From an uncultured bacterium (GTDB lineage: Bacteria > Planctomycetota > Phycisphaerae > Phycisphaerales > Phycisphaeraceae): a stretch of DNA of 41,135 bases. The notes beneath the pieces were generated by a model. It made no database searches, was not told the DNA's origin, and saw only the letters and a list, made by a program, of their open reading frames with translations. Where the stretch lies: the NCBI GenBank assembly GCA_965368605.1, contig CBDUNP010000001.1:1-41135 (forward strand), read 5' to 3'. Both the position numbers and the translations under genes were made by a program. How positions within the stretch are numbered: position 1 is the stretch's first letter; the number at the start of each line of letters is the position of its first letter. Positions 26,006-33,024 of this stretch are shown here, in pieces.

Positions 26006-26392
26006 TTACACCACCTCCGACGCCAGGGAAACAATCTTCATGTAGTTCTGTTCACGCAGTTCACGGGCGACCGCACCGAAGATGCGTGTGCCCTTTGGGT
26101 TCCCGTCGTCGTCGATCAGCACCACCGCGCTGCGATCAAACCGCACGTAGCTCCCGTCCTTACGGCGGATCGGGTTACGGGTCCGAACGACCACGGCCTT
26201 AACGATCGTGCCGGCCTTGAGGTCGCTGCCGGGCAGCGACTTCTTCACCGAGCAAACAACCTTGTCGCCGACGCCTGCGGTCTTACGGGTGTATTTACCT
26301 CGCCCGGTCGAACCGCCCAGCACACGGATCACATACGCGATCTTGGCGCCGGTGTTGTCCGCGACATCAACTCTTGATTCTGCCTGGAGCAT
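26006..26392 (-). CDS. rplN: 50S ribosomal protein L14
   Basis: Contains [17 protein letters not shown]...GDKVVCSVK...VVRT...[17 protein letters not shown]...[15 protein letters not shown]. Confidence 0.97.
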   Translation of the reverse strand: MLQAESRVDVADNTGAKIAYVIRVLGGSTGRGKYTRKTAGVGDKVVCSVKKSLPGSDLKAGTIVKAVVVRTRNPIRRKDGSYVRFDRSAVVLIDDDGNPKGTRIFGAVARELREQNYMKIVSLASEVV

Positions 26393-26436
26393 GACTCTGT
26401 TCCTTCAATGACCCTTCGGGGTCGGCCGGCCCTTGG

Positions 26437-26745
26437 TTAGGCGGTGGCTTCTTCTTTGTGTTCCAACGGCGCGGGCGCCTTCTCGATAACCTTCACCAGA
26501 CGCCAGCTCTTGGTCTTGCTGATCGGACGACATCCCGTGATCTCGACCCGGTCGCCTTCACCGCAGAGGTTCTCAGGATCGTGCACCTGGAACTTCGCCT
26601 GACGGTGCAGGTACTTGCCGTACTTGGCGTGCTTCTGCTGGTAGTCCACCGCCACGGTGCAGGTCTTGTCGCGCTTATCGCTGACGACAATCCCGATCTT
26701 CGTGCCGGTTAGGATTCGTTTAGCTGTGTTCGCTTGATCGGTCAC
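26437..26745 (-). CDS. rpsQ: 30S ribosomal protein S17
   Basis: Contains GIVVSDKRDKTCTVAVDYQQKHAKYGKYLHRQAKFQVHDPENLCGEGDRVEITGCRPISKTKSWRLV. The GTG start overlaps the rpmC stop (GTGA), and GGGAGG sits 7 nt upstream. Confidence 0.95.
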   Translation of the reverse strand: MTDQANTAKRILTGTKIGIVVSDKRDKTCTVAVDYQQKHAKYGKYLHRQAKFQVHDPENLCGEGDRVEITGCRPISKTKSWRLVKVIEKAPAPLEHKEEATA

Positions 26746-26945
26746 TTAGTGGCCTCCCGTATCTGGCGTGCACGCTGCTCGGTGAGCAGGCGGGCGATGT
26801 CTCTGCGGATGTTCCCAAGCTGCCTGGGGTTCTCCAGCTTCTCGGTCACGGCCTGCGTCCGCAGCTCAAAGTGGCTCTTGCGCAGACGTTCGACCTCGAC
26901 CTTCAACTCTTCGTCTTTTAGCTTGTGTGTTTCACTGGCTTTCAT
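26742..26945 (-). CDS. rpmC: 50S ribosomal protein L29
   Basis: The sequence is MKASETHKLKDEELKVEVERLRKSHFELRTQAVTEKLENPRQLGNIRRDIARLLT. The start is set at the ATG at 26943-26945, giving 67 aa. Confidence 0.93.
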   Translation of the reverse strand: MKASETHKLKDEELKVEVERLRKSHFELRTQAVTEKLENPRQLGNIRRDIARLLTEQRARQIREATK

Positions 26946-26992
26946 GGCTGTCTCACAGTCCGCGGGCTTCAGCCCCACGGGGTGGTTTTGTC

Positions 26993-27409
26993 TTAGGCGT
27001 GGCGCTTCTCCACGAACCGACACTTGAACGGCATCTTGTGCGCCACACGGGCGAACGCCTGACGGGCCGCGTCCTTGGGGACGCCGACGATTTCATAAAC
27101 AATCGTCCCAGGCCGCACGCGGGCGACCCAGTACTCGGGCTCCGCCTTGCCCTTACCCATACGCTGTTCCAGCGGCTTCTTGCTGATCGGCTTGTCCGGG
27201 AACACCCGCACAAACAACCGGCCCTCACGGCTGCAGTACTGCCTCGCCGCGATACGCCCGGCCTCGATCTGGCGAGCGGTCAGCCACCCACCTTCCAGAA
27301 GCTGCAAACCGTACTCGCCGAACGCGACGTAGTTGCCACGCTGGGCATTGCCGCGCACCTTGCCCCGCTGCTGTTTGCGGAACTTCACTCGTTTTGGCAT
27401 CAGAGGCAT
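26993..27409 (-). CDS. rplP: 50S ribosomal protein L16
   Basis: Contains MPLMPKRVKFRKQQRGKVRGNAQRGN.VAFGEYGLQ...ARQIEAGRIA...PDKPISKKP.E.RMGKGKG. Confidence 0.96.
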   Translation of the reverse strand: MPLMPKRVKFRKQQRGKVRGNAQRGNYVAFGEYGLQLLEGGWLTARQIEAGRIAARQYCSREGRLFVRVFPDKPISKKPLEQRMGKGKAEPEYWVARVRPGTIVYEIVGVPKDAARQAFARVAHKMPFKCRFVEKRHA

Positions 27410-27458
27410 CTGTCTGGTCTCCGTCCACGGCTAACGCCGTGCTTAGCTTCAAATCTGC

Positions 27459-28163
27459 TTAGTGGCGGCCCCGTGCACGCGGTCGGGCACCGGCGGCCTT
27501 CGATTCAATTTCACCCTCGGCCAGCTCTTCGTACAGGCCGTGGAACACCCAGACCTTCACGCCGATGATCCCGTAGGTCGTCAGGCTTTCGGTCAACGCG
27601 TAGTCGATATTGGCCTGCAACGTCGCCAGCGGGATCGCACCCAAACGGATGTCTTCGGTGCGGCTCATCTCGTGGCCACCCAGACGACCCGACAACTGGA
27701 TCTTGCAACCCTTGGCACCGGCGGCCATCGCGGCCTCGGCCTTCATCTTCATCACACGGCGGAAACCCGCACGCTTCTGCAACTGCTCAGCGATCGATTC
27801 ACCGACCAGCTTCGCGTCCAGGTCCGCGTTGTGGACCTCGATACAGTTGATCGAGACATTACGACCGGTCAGCCGCTGTAGCTCAGCCGTCAGGGCATCG
27901 ATCTCCGCACCCTTGGGGCCGATCACCAGGCCAGGACGCGCCGTCTTGACGATGATCTTCAGCTCTTCACGGGTGCGCTCGATGTGGATGTCACTGACCG
28001 CCGCGTACGGGGCCTTACGATTGAACCGGTAGTCGCAGAACTTGCGGATCTTCTGATCCTCGATCAACAGCTCAGCGTAGAGAGCCTTCGGCGCGTACCA
28101 CCGGCTCTTGTGAGCTTCGGTGATGCCGACGCGGAAGCCGAATGGATGAACTTTCTGTCCCAT
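27459..28163 (-). CDS. rpsC: 30S ribosomal protein S3
   Basis: Contains MGQKVHPFGFRVGI, the KH domain RPGLVIGPKGAEI and GAKGCKIQLSGRLGG.EMSRTE. Confidence 0.97.
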   Translation of the reverse strand: MGQKVHPFGFRVGITEAHKSRWYAPKALYAELLIEDQKIRKFCDYRFNRKAPYAAVSDIHIERTREELKIIVKTARPGLVIGPKGAEIDALTAELQRLTGRNVSINCIEVHNADLDAKLVGESIAEQLQKRAGFRRVMKMKAEAAMAAGAKGCKIQLSGRLGGHEMSRTEDIRLGAIPLATLQANIDYALTESLTTYGIIGVKVWVFHGLYEELAEGEIESKAAGARPRARGRH

Positions 28164-28206
28164 AGTGAACCTTTTATTTCGCCGGGCTTACGAGCCCAAA
28201 CGGGTG

Positions 28207-28560
28207 TTATCGTTTCCTGCCTGCCTGATCAACAGACACGGTAATGTGGCTGGTACGCTTGAGGATCGGGTGAGCCCGGCCGCGGTCCTTGGGCTGGAAC
28301 CGCTTCATCGTCGGGCCGCTGTCCACTCGGACCTCGGTCACCACCATCGCCAACGCCTCGCGGTCGGACAGCCCCTCGCGCTCCTGCGCGTTGGAACGTG
28401 CCGCCTGCAGGCAGTTCTTGAGCATCACCGCCGCCCGCTTCTTGGACAACGTGAGCATATTCATCGCGTCAAAGACGCTCTTGCCATTGATCATCTGCGC
28501 GACCGGCCTCGCCTTGGTCGGGCTGATTCGTGCGCCTCGATGTACGTTCGTGTAAGCCAT
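28207..28560 (-). CDS. rplV: 50S ribosomal protein L22
   Basis: Contains ARISPTKARPVAQMINGKSV.DA...L....K.AA.....L.SA..NA and PTMKRFQPKDRGRAHPILKRTSHITV. Confidence 0.96.
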   Translation of the reverse strand: MAYTNVHRGARISPTKARPVAQMINGKSVFDAMNMLTLSKKRAAVMLKNCLQAARSNAQEREGLSDREALAMVVTEVRVDSGPTMKRFQPKDRGRAHPILKRTSHITVSVDQAGRKR

Positions 28561-28566
28561 GATTCC

Positions 28567-28590
28567 TAGCCTTTAGCTGTTAGCTTTAGC
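28567..28590 (-). repeat. GCTAA-heptad / Shine-Dalgarno cassette (copy upstream of rplV)
   Basis: The minus strand reads GCTAAAG-CTAACA-GCTAAAG-GCTA and ends 6 nt before the rplV ATG. It contains the exact 18-mer GCTAACAGCTAAAGGCTA. Confidence 0.8.
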
Positions 28591-28656
28591 CTGTATCTCG
28601 TTTCCAAAACCGCCTCAAACAAATCCGCTATCACGCGGACAAAGGCCGATCGCCTC

Positions 28657-28944
28657 TTACCTCGCACCCGCACGCTGTGCCTTGGTACCCGTGGTGTGGG
28701 CCTTGAACAACCGCGTCGCGCTGAACTCGCCGAGCTTGTGCCCGACCATGTCTTCCGTCACGAACACGGTGTGGAACAGCTTGCCGTTGTGCACCAGGAA
28801 CGTGTGCCCGACAAACTCCGGGACGATCGTGCACGCACGCGCCCAGGTCTTGATCGGATCGTGCCTGCCCATCTGAGTCAGCTTCTCCACCTTCCGGTAG
28901 AGTTTCAGATCAACAAACGGGCCTTTTTTCAGTGATCGTGACAT
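28657..28944 (-). CDS. rpsS: 30S ribosomal protein S19
   Basis: Contains [12 protein letters not shown]...[43 protein letters not shown]. Confidence 0.97.
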   Translation of the reverse strand: MSRSLKKGPFVDLKLYRKVEKLTQMGRHDPIKTWARACTIVPEFVGHTFLVHNGKLFHTVFVTEDMVGHKLGEFSATRLFKAHTTGTKAQRAGAR

Positions 28945-28950
28945 TCTTTG

Positions 28951-28982
28951 TAGCCTTTAGCTGTTAGCGCTTAGCAATTAGC
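28951..28982 (-). repeat. GCTAA-heptad / Shine-Dalgarno cassette (longest copy, upstream of rpsS)
   Basis: The minus strand reads GCTAATT-GCTAAGC-GCTAACA-GCTAAAG-GCTA, a tandem 7-nt period, and ends 6 nt before the rpsS ATG. It contains the exact 18-mer. Confidence 0.8.
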
Positions 28983-29047
28983 TTTTCGTTCTCGTTTCCG
29001 ACTCGTCCGTCCCGCGATCAGCCAAGAGCTAAAAGCGGACGGCCCTC

Positions 29048-29905
29048 TTATTGCAGTTTCAGCTGGCCGTACCGCTTGGATACACGCCGGCGGATAATCA
29101 GTTTGTTCGACGCCTTGCCACGCTGCCGTGTCCGACCACCCTTGGATGGCACACCGGTCTTGGACTGCGGGGCACGGTTGCCCTTGCTGCGACCATCACC
29201 ACCGCCCAACGGGTGGTCGTGGTGGTTCTTCGCCACGCCACGGGTGTGAGGACGACGCCCCATGTGACGGGCACGCCCGGCCTTGCCGATCACCACACGG
29301 TTGTGGTCGGTGTTCCCGACCTGACCGATCGTCGCCCGGCAATCCAGCGACACCCGACGGATTTCGCCGGACGGGAAGACCAGGGTTGCCCACTGGCCTT
29401 CTTTATTGGTCAGCCTCGCGCTGCTGCCAGCCGACCGGCAGATCTGCCCGCCACGGCCCGCGACCAGCTCGACGTTGTGAACATTCAAACCCGCGGGGAT
29501 CATCCCCAGCGGCATGTTGTTCCCGACCTTAGGCTCAACCTTCTGCGAGCTGGAAACGACCTTGTCGCCGTCCGTCAGCTTCAGCGGGGCGATGATGTAC
29601 CGACGCTCGCCGTCTTCGTATTCAAGCAGCGCGATGTTGCACGAACGGTTCGGGTCGTACTCGACGCCGATCACGGTCGCCTGGACATCGTCCTTGCTCC
29701 GCTTGAAATCGATCCGACGGTAACGCTGCTTCGCGCCGCCGCCGCGACTCTGCACGGTGATCTTGCCGGAGTGGTTCCGGCCACCGTTCTTGGTCTTCTT
29801 CACCAGCAACGACTTCTCCGGACGCTTCTTGGTCACCTCGGAGTAGAGGTTGACCGAGGCGTTACGCCGGCCGTTGGAGGTCTTCTTGTAGATTCGAATA
29901 GCCAT
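29048..29905 (-). CDS. rplB: 50S ribosomal protein L2
   Basis: Contains MAIRIYKKTSNGRR..., GGRNHSGKITV..RGGG.KQRYR.IDF, GNNMPL..IP.G..VHNVEL and GRRP.TRGVAKN..DHP.GGG.G. Confidence 0.97.
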   Translation of the reverse strand: MAIRIYKKTSNGRRNASVNLYSEVTKKRPEKSLLVKKTKNGGRNHSGKITVQSRGGGAKQRYRRIDFKRSKDDVQATVIGVEYDPNRSCNIALLEYEDGERRYIIAPLKLTDGDKVVSSSQKVEPKVGNNMPLGMIPAGLNVHNVELVAGRGGQICRSAGSSARLTNKEGQWATLVFPSGEIRRVSLDCRATIGQVGNTDHNRVVIGKAGRARHMGRRPHTRGVAKNHHDHPLGGGDGRSKGNRAPQSKTGVPSKGGRTRQRGKASNKLIIRRRVSKRYGQLKLQ

Positions 29906-29977
29906 GTTCAGCTCTCATATAGCCCCGCCATCCCGGCGGGGTCGTGCGTCCCGACCTTTGGGCCGGGTCATTACCGT

Positions 29978-30262
29978 TTAGAACAAGTCGATCCGGTCAT
30001 CCCCGGCAAGCAGCACCGTCGCACGCTTCCAGTTGGATGTCTTCGCCGGGCCGAACTTCGTACGGAAGTACTGCCCCTTACGGACCTGCGTGCAGACCTT
30101 CGCGACCTTCACGCCGTAAATCTTCTCGATCGCGGCCTTGATCTGCGGCTTGCGGGCCCGCATATCCACCTCAAAGCTGTACCGGTTACGCGACTCGGTT
30201 TCCCAGGCGCTCTTCTCGGTGATCAGCGGCTTCTTAATAATGTTTGTTGCTTCAGTCGTCAT
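29978..30262 (-). CDS. rplW: 50S ribosomal protein L23
   Basis: Contains IKKPLITEKS......N.Y.F.VD..A.K.QIK.AIEKIYGVKV..V.T and KRA.V.L. The ATG overlaps the rplD stop (ATGA), and AGGAGG lies upstream. Confidence 0.95.
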   Translation of the reverse strand: MTTEATNIIKKPLITEKSAWETESRNRYSFEVDMRARKPQIKAAIEKIYGVKVAKVCTQVRKGQYFRTKFGPAKTSNWKRATVLLAGDDRIDLF

Positions 30263-30921
30263 CAGGAGGCCTCCTGTTTGGCCTTGGCCAGTTCGTCAGA
30301 AGTCACCCGACCGATGTACGCCTCAAACGCGGCCTTATCCACCAGCAGGTACCGGTGGTTCAGCAGGTCGAACGCGTTGAGGCGGTCGATCTGAGTCACA
30401 TCTACATGTTCTAGGTTCCGGGCCGAAGCGGCTTCGTGTCCGGAGATGGAGGGGAGGGCGACCAGGCAGGTCCGGTCGATCTTCAGCGAGGCCAGAAGGT
30501 TGCTGAAGGTTTTCGTGTTGGGCTTATCAAAATCGAGCTTGTCAACAATCTTAATCTCGCCGTCGATCGCCTTGGCGAGGACCGCGTTGCGGTTAGCCAG
30601 GCGGCGCATCTTCGCGGGCATGTCCTGTCGCCAGGAATGCGGACGCTTGGCGAAGCCGTGGCCGCCGTGACGCATGATATTCGTGCCCGCCGGACCGCGA
30701 CGTGCGTTACCCGTGCCCTTCTGCTTATAAAGCTTGCGGGTCGAGTACGCGGTGTCGGCACGGCTCTTGGTCTGGGCAGAACCCTGACGACGGTTGGCGT
30801 GGTACCGGACATACGCCTGCTTCAGAAGCGCGGGACGAACCTCGCCGCCGAGCTTCTGCTCGTCGACCTGGACCTTCCCGACTTCTTCGCCGGCCTGATT
30901 GTGAACTGTAATATCGATCAT
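30262..30921 (-). CDS. rplD: 50S ribosomal protein L4
   Basis: Contains RQGSAQTKSRADTAYSTRKLYKQKGTGNARRG......RHGGHGF..RPHSW and has the L4/L1e length. Confidence 0.95.
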   Translation of the reverse strand: MIDITVHNQAGEEVGKVQVDEQKLGGEVRPALLKQAYVRYHANRRQGSAQTKSRADTAYSTRKLYKQKGTGNARRGPAGTNIMRHGGHGFAKRPHSWRQDMPAKMRRLANRNAVLAKAIDGEIKIVDKLDFDKPNTKTFSNLLASLKIDRTCLVALPSISGHEAASARNLEHVDVTQIDRLNAFDLLNHRYLLVDKAAFEAYIGRVTSDELAKAKQEAS

Positions 30922-31104
30922 CTTTAGTACCTACGGTCCCACTACGGGATGCGTGTGTTTCGCCGCCAGGGCATGGCCCACAACTGGGCCCGATCGGGTT
31001 GCCCCACGACTCGGTTCTTGAACCGAATTGTCGTGGCGTGGCAGTTTCCTCAGCATGTCCCGGCAACCGGTCTTAACCAGCCGCCCGATACAACCTCGGA
31101 CTTA

Positions 31105-31782
31105 CTACGCCTTGGCGAGCTTGGCCTTTCCCTTAAAGAGGCGTACCGCCTCACGGATCATCAACAAACCCTTGTTCGCGCCGGGCACCGGGCCCTTCAC
31201 CAACAACAGGTTCTTGTCTTTATCAACACCGACGATCGGCAGGCTACGCACGGTCACCCGCCCGTTACCCATCCGCCCGCCCATCCGGATACCCTTCTTA
31301 GGCTTACCGGTACCCAGGTTCGAGCTGCGACCACTGACCGAGCCCGGCGAGCGGTGCTTCCGCTCCACGCCGTGCGACGCCAGCTGGCCCTTGAACCCGT
31401 GACGCTTCATCACACCCGCGGTGCCCTTGCCCTTGCTGGTGCCGATGACGTCTACAAACTTAATACCTTCGAAGACATCGACGGTCAGTTCCTGGCCGGG
31501 CTCATAAGACGCGGCCTCGCCGTCGCCCAGACGCACCTCGCGGTGAGTACGCTTGGGGGTCAGACCCGCCTTCGCGTCGTGGCCGATCAGCTGATACGTC
31601 GAGTTGCGACCCTTGACCTCGTCATAAGCGATCTGCACCGCTTCGTAGCCGTCGGTCTCAGCCGTCTTCACTTGACTTACAAAACACGGGCCGACCTGAA
31701 TCACGGTCACGGGAATGTTGTTCCCGTCGTCGTCATATAGCCGGGTCATCCCGATTTTCTTACCTAAGATCGCTGCGGACAT
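31105..31782 (-). CDS. rplC: 50S ribosomal protein L3
   Basis: Contains [44 protein letters not shown]...HG and GRMGN.RVTV. Confidence 0.97.
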   Translation of the reverse strand: MSAAILGKKIGMTRLYDDDGNNIPVTVIQVGPCFVSQVKTAETDGYEAVQIAYDEVKGRNSTYQLIGHDAKAGLTPKRTHREVRLGDGEAASYEPGQELTVDVFEGIKFVDVIGTSKGKGTAGVMKRHGFKGQLASHGVERKHRSPGSVSGRSSNLGTGKPKKGIRMGGRMGNGRVTVRSLPIVGVDKDKNLLLVKGPVPGANKGLLMIREAVRLFKGKAKLAKA

Positions 31783-31874
31783 CGTTTCATCTCCAAGGGG
31801 GCAATCGCTGTTGCGGATCGTGGCACTTTTCGCCAGAGGATCACGCCCCTGTTTTGATCGTTCTCGTTCTCTGT

Positions 31875-31903
31875 TCTAACAAACAAGCGGGACCTGCCCG
31901 CTT
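31875..31903 (-). terminator. Terminator/attenuator-like hairpin between rpsJ and rplC
   Basis: The minus strand reads AAGCGGG-CAGGU-CCCGCUU followed by GUUUGUU, 18 nt after the rpsJ stop. The U-tract is interrupted, so it may be only a partial terminator. Confidence 0.3.
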
Positions 31904-31921
31904 TAACTGCGTGCCCGTGGG

Positions 31922-32230
31922 CTACGCCTTAATCTTCACAAACACACCCGCCGGGACGACCAAGCGGTTGAGCGCTTCTACCGTGCGTGCGTTGGGCTCG
32001 ATGATGTCGATGATCCGCTTGTGCGTGCGGATCTCGAACTGCTCACGGCTCTTCTTGTCCACGTGCGGACTACGCAGCACCGTGTAACGCTCGACACGCG
32101 TCGGCAGCGGCACAGGACCAGCGACCTTCGCGTTCGTACGCTTGGCATGGTCCACAATCTCACGAGCCGAGGCGTCCAACGCCTGGTGATCGTAAGCTTC
32201 CATCCGGATTCGGATCTTACCTGCTGTCAT
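31922..32230 (-). CDS. rpsJ: 30S ribosomal protein S10
   Basis: Contains [71 protein letters not shown]. Confidence 0.97.
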   Translation of the reverse strand: MTAGKIRIRMEAYDHQALDASAREIVDHAKRTNAKVAGPVPLPTRVERYTVLRSPHVDKKSREQFEIRTHKRIIDIIEPNARTVEALNRLVVPAGVFVKIKA

Positions 32231-32304
32231 CGACTCTAGCCTCTAATATCGCGTCACTTACGCACTGATACCCATCGCGTACGCCGCGACGAGTTGAGCC
32301 GGGT

Positions 32305-32332
32305 AGTGTAACCACCCTTAAGCCCTTGTCAA
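32305..32332 (-). promoter_or_regulatory. Candidate promoter of the S10 ribosomal-protein operon
   Basis: The minus strand reads TTGACA-N16-TACACT, about 75 nt upstream of the rpsJ ATG. Confidence 0.45.
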
Positions 32333-32484
32333 TTCGGGTAAAGACTTCCCCGCAAAAGCCCCCAAGCCACCCCATCGCCCCCTCAACACTCACCCCCGAA
32401 GCCCACGTTTCCTATCCGCAGGCCCACCACACCCGAAGCCCTCGACCATCCTTCTATAACCATAACTCCGCCCCCAGGCACCAC

Positions 32485-32886
32485 CTAAAGATCCCGGCAG
32501 GCCTCGTCCAACACATGCTCCGCCACAAAAATCGGCACATCCGAAGCCACGCCAAGAGCGATCGCGTCGCTCGGCCGAGAATCGATATCCAGCAGTTCCC
32601 CCTGATGACGGATGTGCAGCCTGGCAAAAAAAGTACTTTTTTTCAGGTCATTGATCAGGATTTTTTCTAATTCCGCGCCGACTCCCCCGATCACGTCCGC
32701 CAGCAGCTCGTGCGTCAAGGGCCTGGGCGGGGCCTGCCCCATCAGCCGACGCTCGATCGCCGCCGCCTCCGTCAGACCGATCACGATCGGGAATACACGA
32801 TCCCCATCGACTTCGCGCAGCTCTACGACGTGCATGTCATCGGTCTCACGGATCAGTATCCGCGACAGTTCCATTCGGACGGCCAT
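32485..32886 (-). CDS. Bifunctional nuclease family protein (DUF151/BFN domain)
   Basis: Contains VVELREVDGDRVFPIVIGLTEAAAIERRLMGQAPPRPLTHELL...ARLHIRHQGELLDIDSRPSDAIALGVASDVPIFVAEHVLDEA, the typical DUF151 pattern. Confidence 0.8.
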   Translation of the reverse strand: MAVRMELSRILIRETDDMHVVELREVDGDRVFPIVIGLTEAAAIERRLMGQAPPRPLTHELLADVIGGVGAELEKILINDLKKSTFFARLHIRHQGELLDIDSRPSDAIALGVASDVPIFVAEHVLDEACRDL

Positions 32887-33024
32887 AGTGTCACTCCTGT
32901 CACCAGCGTTGTTATGAAACGCTTACCAGACATCATAGCCGAGCGCGATTGACATGCCGGCAACCAACCGGGATTGTGATGTAAATAAACAATCAAGGCA
33001 ATCTACTTCCAGGAGGATTATCCC

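Noticed and set aside
29051-30394. 447-aa plus-strand ORF antisense to rplB, rplW and rplD
   Set aside because: This is a shadow ORF opposite canonical ribosomal-protein genes and shows no domain signal.
32949-32986. Promoter for the esterase gene (TTGACA at 32949-32954)
   Set aside because: No acceptable -10 hexamer lies at 16-19 nt spacing (only GATTGT and TGTGAT), so the evidence is too weak to report as a feature.
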